In this document: piece by piece, positions 40,285 through 51,406 of the stretch
How positions within the stretch are numbered: the first letter of the stretch is position 1
Layout of the letters: the number at the start of each line of letters is the position of its first letter
DNA from: Laetmonice hystrix
Lineage: Eukaryota
DNA: 60,000 nt
Assembly: GCA_965235115.1 (NCBI GenBank)
Contig: OZ249436.1
Coordinates: 44,518,001-44,578,000 of the forward strand
Direction of reading: 5' to 3'
Notes under the pieces: generated by a model
Database searches by the model: none
What the model was told of the DNA's origin: nothing
Seen by the model: the letters and a program-made list of their open reading frames with translations, nothing else
Translations under genes and position numbers: made by a program

Positions 40285-41112
40285 CTTCAGCCCCAATTTC
40301 GATCTAGCCATGTCCCAGTCTACAGGCTTGTGAAAGAGGAAGGTGTTTGACTGAGAGGACGAGTGGAGTCCCATTGTTGGTCAGGGTCCTTGTCACAATG
40401 TCAGGGGTGAGATTGTGGGGGGGGGGGGGACAATCATATTGACTCGTCGCTGACCTCCAGGTTTGACCTCTCTTCACCTTATAACCATGCGTCATCGATC
40501 ATTGCAGACGTCTCAATGCATTGATCATCGAGCATTGATCGTCGAGCCAATTCCTGTAGCCTAATGAGAACGCCAGGCGTTTTCCCAGTTTTTTGGTTTT
40601 TTTTGTTTTTTGGTTTCAAAGGGTAACGACCGTAATGTGACCCCAGAACCCGCCTTTATTCAATTATAATGAAAACGTTTAATCAACCAAACGAAACGAT
40701 TCCTATCATAGGCCTACTCTTGTCACTTACGGCTAACAATTTCTCTCCTGACCCCCCCCCCCCCCCCCTTTATTTTCTTTTTTAATTATAAAATCCTGGC
40801 TCTGTCCTACAGTTGCGCAATGCTGCTACAGTTTACGACCAAAGGTGAAGTGGCGTAGCGCTAAGCGACTAATTCAAGTTCACATGTAGCCTATAACCTA
40901 TTTATTATAGGATATATGAACAACTTAGATAAGATAAGTAGACCACAGTCTACGGCCTTTAACCATGTGAACCTCTTCATGTAATCAGGATTGTGACAAG
41001 TGAAAACAGATTATCATCTGTGAGGTATTTAGGCGTACATATGCCACGTTACCGATGGTGGGTACGATCATAGCTTCATGGCCCTCCTGGGACCATTCCC
41101 GTCTAATACACT

Positions 41113-41193
41113 GCTGCCACCTAGTGGCTCACCTATTGACCACGCTCAGGCGGTTTCCTTCAAACCTCAGCAGCACAGTGCCGCCACCTGGTG
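41113..41193. promoter_or_regulatory. Two tandem CTCF-like motifs (candidate insulator)
   Basis: GCTGCCACCTAGTGGC (41113-41128) and GCCGCCACCTGGTG (41180-41193) are in the same orientation and resemble the CTCF core GCGCCMCCTRGTGG. Confidence 0.5.
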
Positions 41194-41256
41194 TAAAATA
41201 AAAACTACATTCGGGTTAGCCCTCTGTTGAATAAAGAGAGGCCCAGTCAGCGATAA

Positions 41257-41421
41257 GGGGCCGTTTAAAAATTACGTAAGGCGCGGGGGGTGGGGGGTGT
41301 ATGTCCAAACGTTGCGGACAGTGCTGAAGTACCATTGCAGAGCGTTACGGGGGGTGGGGGGGGGGGGGGTGGGGGGTCAGATTTGGCCCAAAATAGCGTT
41401 ACGTAATTTTTTAACAGCCCC
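41257..41421. mobile_element. PIF/Harbinger-type MITE
   Basis: TIR GGGGCCGTTTAAAAATTACGTAA / TTACGTAATTTTTTAACAGCCCC with 3-bp TSD TAA. Confidence 0.8.
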
Positions 41422-42365
41422 TAAGGATTCAATTCATACACTAACTCCACCCTCATACCCTCCTACAATCCACCCACATACCCACTACCGGCATCATACG
41501 CTCCAACCGGCATCAGCCACACTTATAGATACCAGCCAGATAACAACCCGATTGCTCTGAATAATAATGAGTTGACATTTAACGATATCCTCCCGTTTCT
41601 ATAGATAAAACAAGAACGTTTACTCAAAATTACTACTCAGACTTTGCAAAATATAAATTTGAATAAGAAAATAATAAATTCCCCCAACCCCCTCTTCCTT
41701 TTCTTTTCATGTCAGATTGGGGGGGGGGGGTCGTGTCCTAGCTATGTAAATAAGGAGGCCGTGATTCAGGTATCCCACAATTTAAATTTACAAGAGACTT
41801 TTTTTAAACAAAAGTGTCAGACACCTATTTATTTACATGTGCATTATCATACTTCATATCTACACGACACATATAATTATATCAATCAGCGATTCCTCAT
41901 GGAACTGGTTGTAAATATAGCACCTATACTAGTCAAACTCTATTCGCCACTGTCCATTGAAAAAAAAACACATCTACTTTGCATCGGGTGGGAACCAAAG
42001 CGAGGTCCACTATATCTGCCCTACATCTATGAGCAAGTAACTATTGGCAATAACACAAGTATCTGATCCGGGCCAAAACCGCGGGATCCACTTAGGAGTA
42101 CGGGGTCCGGACAGCTTTCAGTGATCTCCGACAGAGGGCAGCACCTATCACAACATAAACAGCCTTGATCATGGGGCTCCTCCCTCCTTCAACTTTGGGT
42201 GTTTGGAATTACTTCTATAAGCATATGTGTATTTAGTTACCATCATTACTGATTGAAAACTGCGTTTTTGTTATAACAGGAGGGACAGAATCCAATATAG
42301 CAGTTCTGTTTTGGAGGACAATTGAAGAACCCGGGTAAATGTCTGAAATCGTCAATGGTAGAACC

Positions 42366-45305
42366 TTATTGGTCAATCGAGCTTCTTTTCCGACTCTGCT
42401 TATATACTCGGAATTTTTCCCGCCATTCTTCCTTTCTATTTTTCATGAGCCTCGCCCTGCTGGAATGACCTTTTGTGTCATTGTCAGAATCGGAATCAGT
42501 TACTACATGGTGTCTCTTCCGTGAACTGAAGCCTGGGTTGATGTCGTCCTCGTCCTCTGACGAGTCGAGTAAACTGGGTGTTTGGTCAAGACCTGGTGGA
42601 AGTCCCTCAGAATCAGAGGACTCGACTACCATGGATTTGTTATGTCTCTTCAGTTTGGGGGCGAGTAATTCTTCATCTTCAAGCCCGCTCTCACAGTCAC
42701 TCGAGAGAGGTTGGGCCAGTAGGTCACTAGGATCAGTCGGTTTGGTTTTAATCTGCAGTGGTTCCGTTTGTCTGACCGGAGTGTCATTGATATCACATGG
42801 AGAACTAACACACTTTACTTGGTGAAGTGACGGCGAGCCAAAAAATCCATCATCGTCATCATCATCATCATCATCCATGTTATTGAAGACAGCAGTTTGG
42901 GTCAGGTCTAACTTACTTTGGGAGTTGTTGTCTGTGGATGCAGACTTCTCCACATGTGGTTTGCTGGGGTTTGATGTCAAATCGATGGATCTCTCAGGAA
43001 TACTCGCTCGGTCGTGACTAACTTGAGATGTTGGATTCTGGCTAGGAGCATCATTGCCAACATTCACCTGGTCGTGACTAACTTGAGATGTTGGATTCGG
43101 ATCAGGAGCATCATTGCCAACATTCACCTGGTTGTGACTAACTTGAGATGTTGGATTCTGGTCAGGAGCATCATTGCCAACATTCGTCTGGTCGTGACTA
43201 ACTTGAGATGTTGGATTCTGGCCAGGAGCATTATTGCCAACATTCGCCTGGTCGTGACTAACTTGAGATGTTGGATTCGGATCAGGAGCATCATTGCCAA
43301 CATTCGCCTGGTCATGACTAACTTGAGATGTTGGATTCGGATCAGGAGCATCATTGCCAACATTCGCCTGGTCATGACTAACTTGAGATGTTGGATTCGG
43401 ATCAGGAGCATCATTGCCAACATTCGTCTGGTCGTGACTAACTTGAGATGTTGGATTCTGGCCATGAGCATCATTGCCAACATTCGTCTGGTCGTGACTA
43501 ACTTGAGATGTTGGATTCGGATCAGGAGCATCATTGCCAACATTCGCCTGGTCATGACTAACTTGAGATGTTGGATTCGGATCAGGAGCATCATTGCCAA
43601 CATTCGCCTGGTCATGACTAACTTGAGATGTTGGAGTTGGATTCTGGCCAGGAGCATCATTGCCAACATTCGCCTGGTCATGACTAACTTGAGATGTTGG
43701 AGTTGGATTCTGGCCAGGAGCATCATTGCCAACATTCGCCTGGTCATGACTAATTTGAGATGTTGGATTCTGATCAGGAACAGGAGCATATTGCGGGTCA
43801 ACTATAGTGTCATCACTGTCAGTGTTGTCTTTCTTCACCGCAGGTATTAATGCCACCTCAGCTTCCTCGTCTTCCGATGAAGATAGCTCCGCACTGACAG
43901 GTCTTCTCAACCTTTTTAACTTCCCTGAATGTTTGACGTGAAGAATTTCATCGTCACTGGATCCTCTGCTCTCACTGCTGCTAGATGGTCGCAGCACTCG
44001 TTTTCGCTTAGACTTCTGAAAAGAGAATTTAAGAAGTAGTCATTGTCAAGTCATTTCTGGAGTAATAAAATAAATATAAAAAGCAAAAGCATATACAAAA
44101 TTTTCGTTTATCATTTACAGTGTGTGTACCTACAAAGTGTAACCAGAGTTGATAGGTAAAAAAGAAACACCTCGGATTATGAATTCCATGACTTTTCTAA
44201 CTGCATGTTTATCAGTATCCAGATTTCCAGGCATAGTCTCTTTGATCATTTATCTCCGTAACATTATTATGGGTAGGATTACAATTAGAGTAAAGAATAG
44301 TGAGAGATTTATAGTTTTTCCCTGCAAATGTTGCAGAGATGTTACCTTGGAGGATTCACCCTATCAGACCTTATATAAATATTCCCTACCTGAGGTTGGG
44401 GCTGTGGCTGTCGCTGCTGCTCATCTTCAGTACTGGTACTCTCAGCCGACTCTTCTACCTCATCATCATCGACAATGAACTCTTCGACTGACGACCCTTC
44501 GTCAGACACTGGATCATAATTGTACCTGTGCGACCTGTATAAAAGATACAAATCTAATTATGTCTTGCACTGGTTCCAAATATTGCCACAGGAATGCATT
44601 ATTTCGGGAACTAATGATACACTGTTAACATTATCATGTAATCCTGGTAAAATGACAGCGTCTTTAAAAATTTAAAGGCAAAGATTTTTCAGATCACATA
44701 GTTTAATTTCTCATATTCTATCTATTTAATGGAATATTAATCAACACTCACTCTCGGGAAAAACTGCTGACAAGACTACGACGCACCATCTGTGGACGGA
44801 CTTTCTCTGGGGATTTTATTGAATTAATCCCATCCCAAACAGCTTTCCGTTTTGGCATGTTAAACCTTCGATTCTTGCGCTGCCTAATGCGCTCAGAGCT
44901 TCGGGATTCCCCTTTCTGTAAATAAAACAAAATAAGCAAATTATTTTCTTATTTTCTATTATAATCTAATCAAAATAACATGTAACAGGCCTTAAAAAAG
45001 GCTTTAATCAAGAACTTTAACTGATAATACAGTCACACTATGTCTTCTTCTCCCCCATTTTCCCCAAAATGATTAAAATTCCATGAAAGTCATTGATGAA
45101 ATAAAGTCACCTTTGCATGTGATGAATTTCTTGGAGTCTCTTGGCCTTGGCTGACCAGTTCTTCATCATTTTCCCAACTGCGAGAGTCTCCACTGTCTTC
45201 ATCCTCTGAAATTCCTTGACCCTCGTCCCCCGATGATTCCGATTGACTTGAGGACTCCTTGTATGAGGTAGAATTTCTTAATCTGCTGGACTGCCGTCTA
45301 CTCAT
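42366..45305 (-). CDS. Uncharacterised Ser/Asp/Glu-rich, probably disordered nuclear protein with a 20-aa tandem repeat, 4 coding exons, about 717 aa
   Basis: Exons 45305-45111, 44915-44752, 44534-44390 and 44015-42366 have canonical GT-AG sites and consistent phases (0, 2, 0). The start context is gcaccATG. Basic NLS-like clusters are KSKRKR, KLKRLRR and RKRH. A probable 5' non-coding exon ends at 45713 (cag|gtgagg), and a minus-strand AATAAA lies at 41833-41828. No family is confidently recognised. Confidence 0.8.
43010..43780 (-). repeat. Coding 60-bp (occasionally 66-bp) tandem repeat, about 13 copies
   Basis: Encodes NPTSQVSHDQANVGNDAP(D/G)(P/Q) in the last exon of the uncharacterised gene. 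Confidence 0.95.
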
Positions 45306-45712
45306 GGTGCTTACTGCAAAAATCAACGGCATGTAATGACGTATAAAATTATAAGTGAGTGAATGTCCGAAGCAAACAAAAAGTAAGGGAAATTAATTGC
45401 TCTGTGATAAATTAGTTCAATGATCAATATTGACATTTTATCATATTTGTGTAGAACCTGGCCTTGGCCTCCGGCTCTGGAGAAATTGACTCACTGCCAT
45501 CAGCAACTTGTACTTTTTTGTAGCATGGTCATGGGATTATGAGAGACTTGTCTTGACTGACTTGAGTTGACCCCCGTGGCCAGTCCCCACAATCATGATC
45601 TTGAAAGTTTGCTTTGGATTATTGGAGTGGATTACCTGTTAAACCAGGATTTAGTTAGAGAAACTGAGAAATATAGTTTTATCCTCTCCCAAACAGACAC
45701 GTACCACCTCAC

Positions 45713-46113
45713 CTGTGTACAACTCGGACTTGGTTGTTGTTGTTGTGGGCTTGTTTTGATAAGCAGTTGAATACAAAAACATAATTTTTAAGCTGAAGCA
45801 TTCGAAGGACAAAATAGGCCACGATGGTGCACTGGTAAAATGGAATTCTCTTTAAAAATTCTAGAAACTACTAAAATAATATTTCAATTTTCCATTTGGT
45901 GTGTCTTTTTGTGTCGTTGAGCTTCGATTTCTTGCTCGTTCACTCTGAAAATTCCGTTTCGATTACACAAGAGAATGTAGCATTTTAGTGAACATTATCG
46001 AAAAAGAGGCCAGTGAGCGATAATGTAATTATTCTAAGGAAACGTCTTAGCTGGCTACTGAAATTGATTTAAGGCATCAAAACTATATTTACAGTAAAGT
46101 AACGAGGAAAAAA
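45713..46113. promoter_or_regulatory. Bidirectional promoter region between the uncharacterised gene (-) and PRCC (+)
   Basis: Divergent genes with about 400 bp between the putative first donor of the minus gene and the PRCC ATG. Confidence 0.55.
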
Positions 46114-49100
46114 ATGTCATTAGTTGCATATGGTAACAGTGATGAGAGCGACAACAGCGATAGCGATGAAGGTTCGCCGCCAATTGACCAGAAACGGCCG
46201 CCGCCGGGACCGACTTCCATCGCGGGCGGGGAACGGTCGCTCCCGGCTGGGACGGTCGGTACTGCCCGGCCTGCTGCCTCGACCCAGCGGGCCTCGAGTA
46301 CAGTGGATGATATCGTTGAGGAAGACGAACCGATGGTAACCATTCAGCGACCAGAGCTCGGCCTCAGGTTACCTCCACCAAAACACGAGTCCCAAAGTGA
46401 CATTGCAGCTTTCAACCCTCTCCCGAAACGTCAGTCGACGGAGGTGAAGGAAGTGCCCCTGTCCTCGACAGGCAGCATCCTTGATGAAGATGACCTCGTT
46501 ACCAAGCCGTCTCTTCTTTCAGGTTCTTAAACTGCCATGTTCCATGATAAATTTACTAGTAGTAGTAAGGATACTGACATAGGCCCAGTCATAGGAATTA
46601 TTATGCTTACGCGTAAACAATTTTTTCAGGTTACAATTATGTCCAAATGTTGTGAGGGTCAGAGAAGAAATATATTTTCTCCAAGGCAAGTTTACAGTTT
46701 GTGATGTTTGTCTGCAAATATTGTAGGAACTGGCATTTAGTGGAAACTAGTGCAATTACCTATGCCATTGCATTGGTGTTAGTTTAAGAAAGAAGTGGAT
46801 ACTCGGTCAGGGTAGAAAGAGACACATCGTTGATTAAAAATATCAATTTAAATGTATTTTTCTTTTAAATTTCAGGTCTTCCCCTACCAAAGGCCAGTGA
46901 ATCATCCGTTGCTTTCATAGCGGATGATGTAGTTGAGGATGAGTTGAAGGAGAAGGCGGCTAAGCTTGCAGCCACTGCTGCCAAGCCACCAGCCAAGCTC
47001 AAGAAAAGACAACCAGTCAAAATAACTGTCCCAGATATTTCACAGGTGATTGGCATATAATATTTTATGTTCAAATCCACCTGAAGCTGGATCTTATAAA
47101 AGTGTTGCTTTTAGTACCCTTAGCACTCATTTGTCTGTAGTGTTGTAAAATTTCAGCTTTTTCTGTTTTTATTATATTATCGTAACAGAAAATTATGGTA
47201 TTTGACATATGATTTGATTGATGCAAGGTAATCAAGTTCTTACATAGTTTCAAATATACTGGTATAATTAATCTGATATGTGTTATTTTTAGTATGACTC
47301 TGATGAAGAAGACGAGCCGAAAGAGAAAAAAACAAAACCGGCCAGTGTAAGTAAATTAAGATGCTTCATTACTTAATGTTAGGCAACTAGTAATGTATTT
47401 ATAGTTTATTGGTACATACTTCTCAAGTCATTTCGTTTTTGCATAAGGATAATGAAGAATTACTTTTAATCCAGCTCTTTGAAAGAAGTACAATTTAACC
47501 TCATATAAACAGTCATGCTCACAATGTTTTTGGAAAGAAATTCAATTTTGTATTTTCAGGGAAAAGCTGGATTATTTTCTCTCCTGCCAGCCCCAAAACA
47601 TACATCAGTAAAGACGACCAACCGTCCACTATTGCCATATACTCTTTCAAAGAAACCTGCTCAAAATACACCCATCTCCAAAAAGACAGTACCAGCTGTT
47701 GCAAAAATTTCTAAACCCGTGAAAAGGTTGCCAGGGGTACCAGATGATGACAGTGATGAGGACGGAGAAGATGCACCATCCGCAAGTAACTTTTTCTCCT
47801 TGGGTAGTAGTAAGGTACAGTTGGCTGCACCGTCGTCCCAGTTGAACTTGAGTCATGTTGTAGCAGAAAGTGGCAAACTGGAACCATCTCTGAGAGGGCC
47901 ATGGCAGGGCCCTGCAGCCCAAGCCTCTTCCTTACTTGGTCCAGGCTTGACTGTTACTGACAACAGACAACCCAAGAGCAGCAGTGTGGACACAAGCCAA
48001 GGCCCAGGCGACATGGATTTGGGAATGGCCAGTTCAGGGTCCCAGATCCCAACTGGCAGCACTCGACTTTCTGATGCTCCGCTTGCATTCAGTAGCAAGT
48101 CACAGCAGTGGGGCCCAGGACCGAGTTATCAAGCTGTTGGTGTGTCAACAGCTGGATCAAGTGGACAGACTACAGAAGATGAGGCTGTACAGTATCCCAA
48201 CTATACTGAGGCAGTAAGTATGAATGGCAGATTTTAAAATTAGAATGTCAAGAAGTTTCTTAATATGAAGTGCTGTCAGTCCTGTGGGTAGTGTTATAAT
48301 AAACGTGAAGTGTAAATTGATAGAATGGTTTGAGGGTTGGTAATGGATTTGTACCACCTGTATTTTTCATGGCATTTCCAAGTGTCTTGAAGAGTCTAAC
48401 ATTCAGTATGGGTTGTGAAACTTGGAGAGTAGATCATTTATTTCATAACATAGAAAGAGCTCTCTTCTGTTCATTGTGTGAGTATATGAAAACTACCTTT
48501 CCAGCAGAATGTTGCTACAATAGAGACACCTAGTGGTGAGGTTGAGAACTTCCTTCAGGATGATGAGGTAAGAACTAAAGCAATCCAAGAAATCCATTAT
48601 TTGATTAGTTAGATTAATACTTAATTAAGGAGTTCACTCTGAAAAAAATGTCAATAACAATTCAAATACTAAGTTAGCTGCTGTGTGATTCATGTTGTCA
48701 GTTCCTGAAGCTGGCAGGGAAGCGACAGCGAGGGCGGGAAGCCATTGATATCATTGATGTGTGTGCTGATGACCAGACCAGTTCTGTCGATCTGACCAAG
48801 AACTTGACAGAAGAAACAAGTGGCTATTCTCACAGTCGTAAACGTAAGGATCTGCCTTCAGCTCAGCAACGCCGGAAACACCATATCACGTATCTGGCTT
48901 TCCAGGTAAGATTGACGTACATTACTGTCTGTGTGTTTTTTTGTATCAATGTGTATTTGTGCAATAGCTGAATGTTCCAAGTGTGGATCCAACAAAAAAA
49001 TGCCTTTTTCTACCTGAAATATTAATACATTGTATATGAAATTGAAATTGTTTTTTCTGATTATCAGGCAAAGGAACGAGAGTTAGAACTAAAAAACCAG

Positions 49101-49154
49101 TGGTCCCAGAACCGAGCGACACGCAAACAGACACAGTCCAAGTATGGGTTCTAG
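46114..49154 (+). CDS. PRCC: Proline-rich protein PRCC homologue, 7 coding exons, about 546 aa
   Basis: Exons 46114-46522, 46876-47045, 47293-47346, 47560-48213, 48505-48567, 48702-48905 and 49068-49154 all have GT-AG introns with consistent phases. The N-terminus is MSLVAYGNSDESD. Internal motifs are KKRQPVKITVP-YDSDEEDEP and GLFSLLPAPK. The C-terminus FLKLAGKRQRGRE...QQRRKHHITYLAFQAKERELELKNQWSQNRATRKQTQSKYGF* closely matches the PRCC C-terminal domain as I recall it. AATAAA at 49946. Confidence 0.95.
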
Positions 49155-50315
49155 AGAGAAGAGTTTGTGGCGGTACTAGCTCAGTGAAAGACTGTCGTCG
49201 TCAGCTCAGAGCCAGGAAGCACCTGCTGTACCAGGCCAGGAGGGTATTCACCTCAACAAAAACAAGTGACTGTTAGAATAACCCGAGTCAGCTGCTTGAT
49301 GTTATGGTGATCCCGGAGTGCAGGTAAAACGTTGGTACCATACCCAGTTAACACACAACGGGCTGTGGAGGTGGGTGACAGAACAAGAAAGGAATAATGT
49401 AATCTCTTGTTGACACAAAAGTCTATGGAGATGTATGGACAAGAAGGATGGGTAGTGTGTGTTAGGAAAGGTGTGGAGTTTGTGTGGTATACCTGTTGGT
49501 GAGGGGTACGCTGATAGAACCAACGGTTAATGGAGTTGATCTGTATATAAACAGGTACACAAAGCTATTAAAGTGAAGTGTCCCCGTTAAGCCTTGTGAC
49601 ATGGCACTGGTCATTGTGTTGATGATGTGTTACAGCCGGTTTCAAATCAGGCCTCGGATAAAATAAGCTCACTTGTTAGTGAAATTTCTCTCAGAATTTG
49701 CCAAGTGAAGTGCAGGTACTCAGTCTGAGAACACAGGTCTGAAAAGGTGTCGTAAATCTACATGCTCTGCCAGTGTATATGGACAGAACATTGAATGTTT
49801 TATGTGACGGGGACACTGAATTTTGTCAAAATTCCACATATAACTCAGATATAAAAGTTTTTTAGGGCAATACCTTTTCAGTCACTCTAATAAGTACTCA
49901 CAATTCTAATTTTTTTACTAAAATACTATTCTCGAAATTTATTGTAATAAAGACTGAATAGTTTCAACACAAAGGGGCCCATTGAAAAAAAAGCAGAATA
50001 ACATGAACTCTAAATATATTTCACCTCTTTAATACAGTAATAATGCACACTATACATAAGATCAAGTAGAAAACATAACCGCTACAAAATAAACATGTCC
50101 GCAGTGTTGACAGGTCACATACAAGTTGTTTATAAGATGAAAACAGACTGGCTCTGTATATTGTACAGGATTATATTCTCACGTCTGAGGTTTGAGATCA
50201 TGAGACATGCCTCAGACGTCAGAGAAATGACTGCTCCACCAAACGGTGCCTAATGAATAAAGTGAAGGGCCCCCTTCGTACAATGCTGTGTTTCATGGAA
50301 TGATTGTATATATAC

Positions 50316-50529
50316 CGTAACAATGAATGGAGACCATCCTTCCTTGGTAGTGTACATCAGCACGTTGCTGTATGTTGCATAGTTGTAGGTGTAAAATGAC
50401 GTATTCCTGGTGCCGTGGTTGATGTCCATCAGGGTTGGTACATCACCAGTAAAACCCTCAAAAGTCCTCTAATGAAAACTGTATAAAATGAAGGGGTCTC
50501 CACTCAGTAGTACTAGCAGATTTGAGGCC
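50316..50529 (-). pseudogene. Orphan coding-like exon with an internal TAG
   Basis: From the acceptor atatttacag| it reads ASNLLVLLSGDPFILYSFH*RTFEGFTGDVPTLMDINHGTRNTSFYTYNYATYSNVLMYTTKEGWSPFIVT up to a GTATAT donor. The composition is protein-like but no parent gene is recognised. Confidence 0.25.
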
Positions 50530-51406
50530 CTGTAAATATGAGCCATTTAATATGTACATGTGCGCACAAAATGGTGACTTTTTTTTACCCACCCTCTCGT
50601 GTAGGTATTACTGATCTACGTTTATAGGACGTGCAAGTCTCGCGTCCTTGATCTGTAAATGACCAGAAATAGCCTCAAAACGCGTCTTGGTCCCTAAACG
50701 ATTGTTACGTCACAATTTCTGCATTGGTTTAAGATAGGATGAGAAAACACACTTTCAAACATCGACCAGATTTTTGTCAGTTTTGACATCTAAGACATGA
50801 AATGTATTCTTTCATACGTAAAGCAGGTTGGTGCTCTTGTTTTGTAAATTAGAAGAATGAAAGTGCCCTAACCATAATAATATAATAACATTTTAAAGTA
50901 GTTGAGAGCTGCCGGCTCCTATGGGAGTCGCAATGCTAAAGTGACAAGATTACGACACGTTAAGACCAAAGCCGGCTGTTCTCGGGTTTTCTCATGTTTT
51001 CTCTTGACCCACTTGCACACCTATATTACTATTAACTGACACTGTGCACACTAGGCTTTATCTCCCGTCCCTCCCCCTGCACTGTTTGCATACATGCAAC
51101 ACCTGAGAATCAAAAAGAAAAAGACCCCTCCAATACATATGCTCAGATTTTGTAGGCTTACTCTCAGAAAAACTGGATTACAGATTTCTTCCCGTCTGTG
51201 TGTGTATATACATAATGTAACAAACCACAGCAAATTCCTACTCATTCTGTACCGGGGAGTGAAGAAAATAAATAATTTTCATACCATTCTAATGCCATAC
51301 TGTCATGTAATTTAAATGAAAGTTTTTCCTCATTTCACTCGTCTAATTTTCATTCTCACAGATGAATAATAAATATTAAATGAATACCTCATACAACAAT
51401 CGTGTA

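Noticed and set aside
39587..40307. (GLGWV)n and (TQPNP)n ORFs
   Set aside because: These are translations of a pentanucleotide repeat open in multiple frames.
43014..43850. Alternative-frame and antisense ORFs over the 60-bp repeat
   Set aside because: They are shadows of the coding repeat. Only the 42366-44015 frame connects to the upstream exons.
42366..45305. Naming the acidic protein CCDC82
   Set aside because: The resemblance is limited to low-complexity composition and an F-I-V-D-D motif, and no conserved globular domain is seen.
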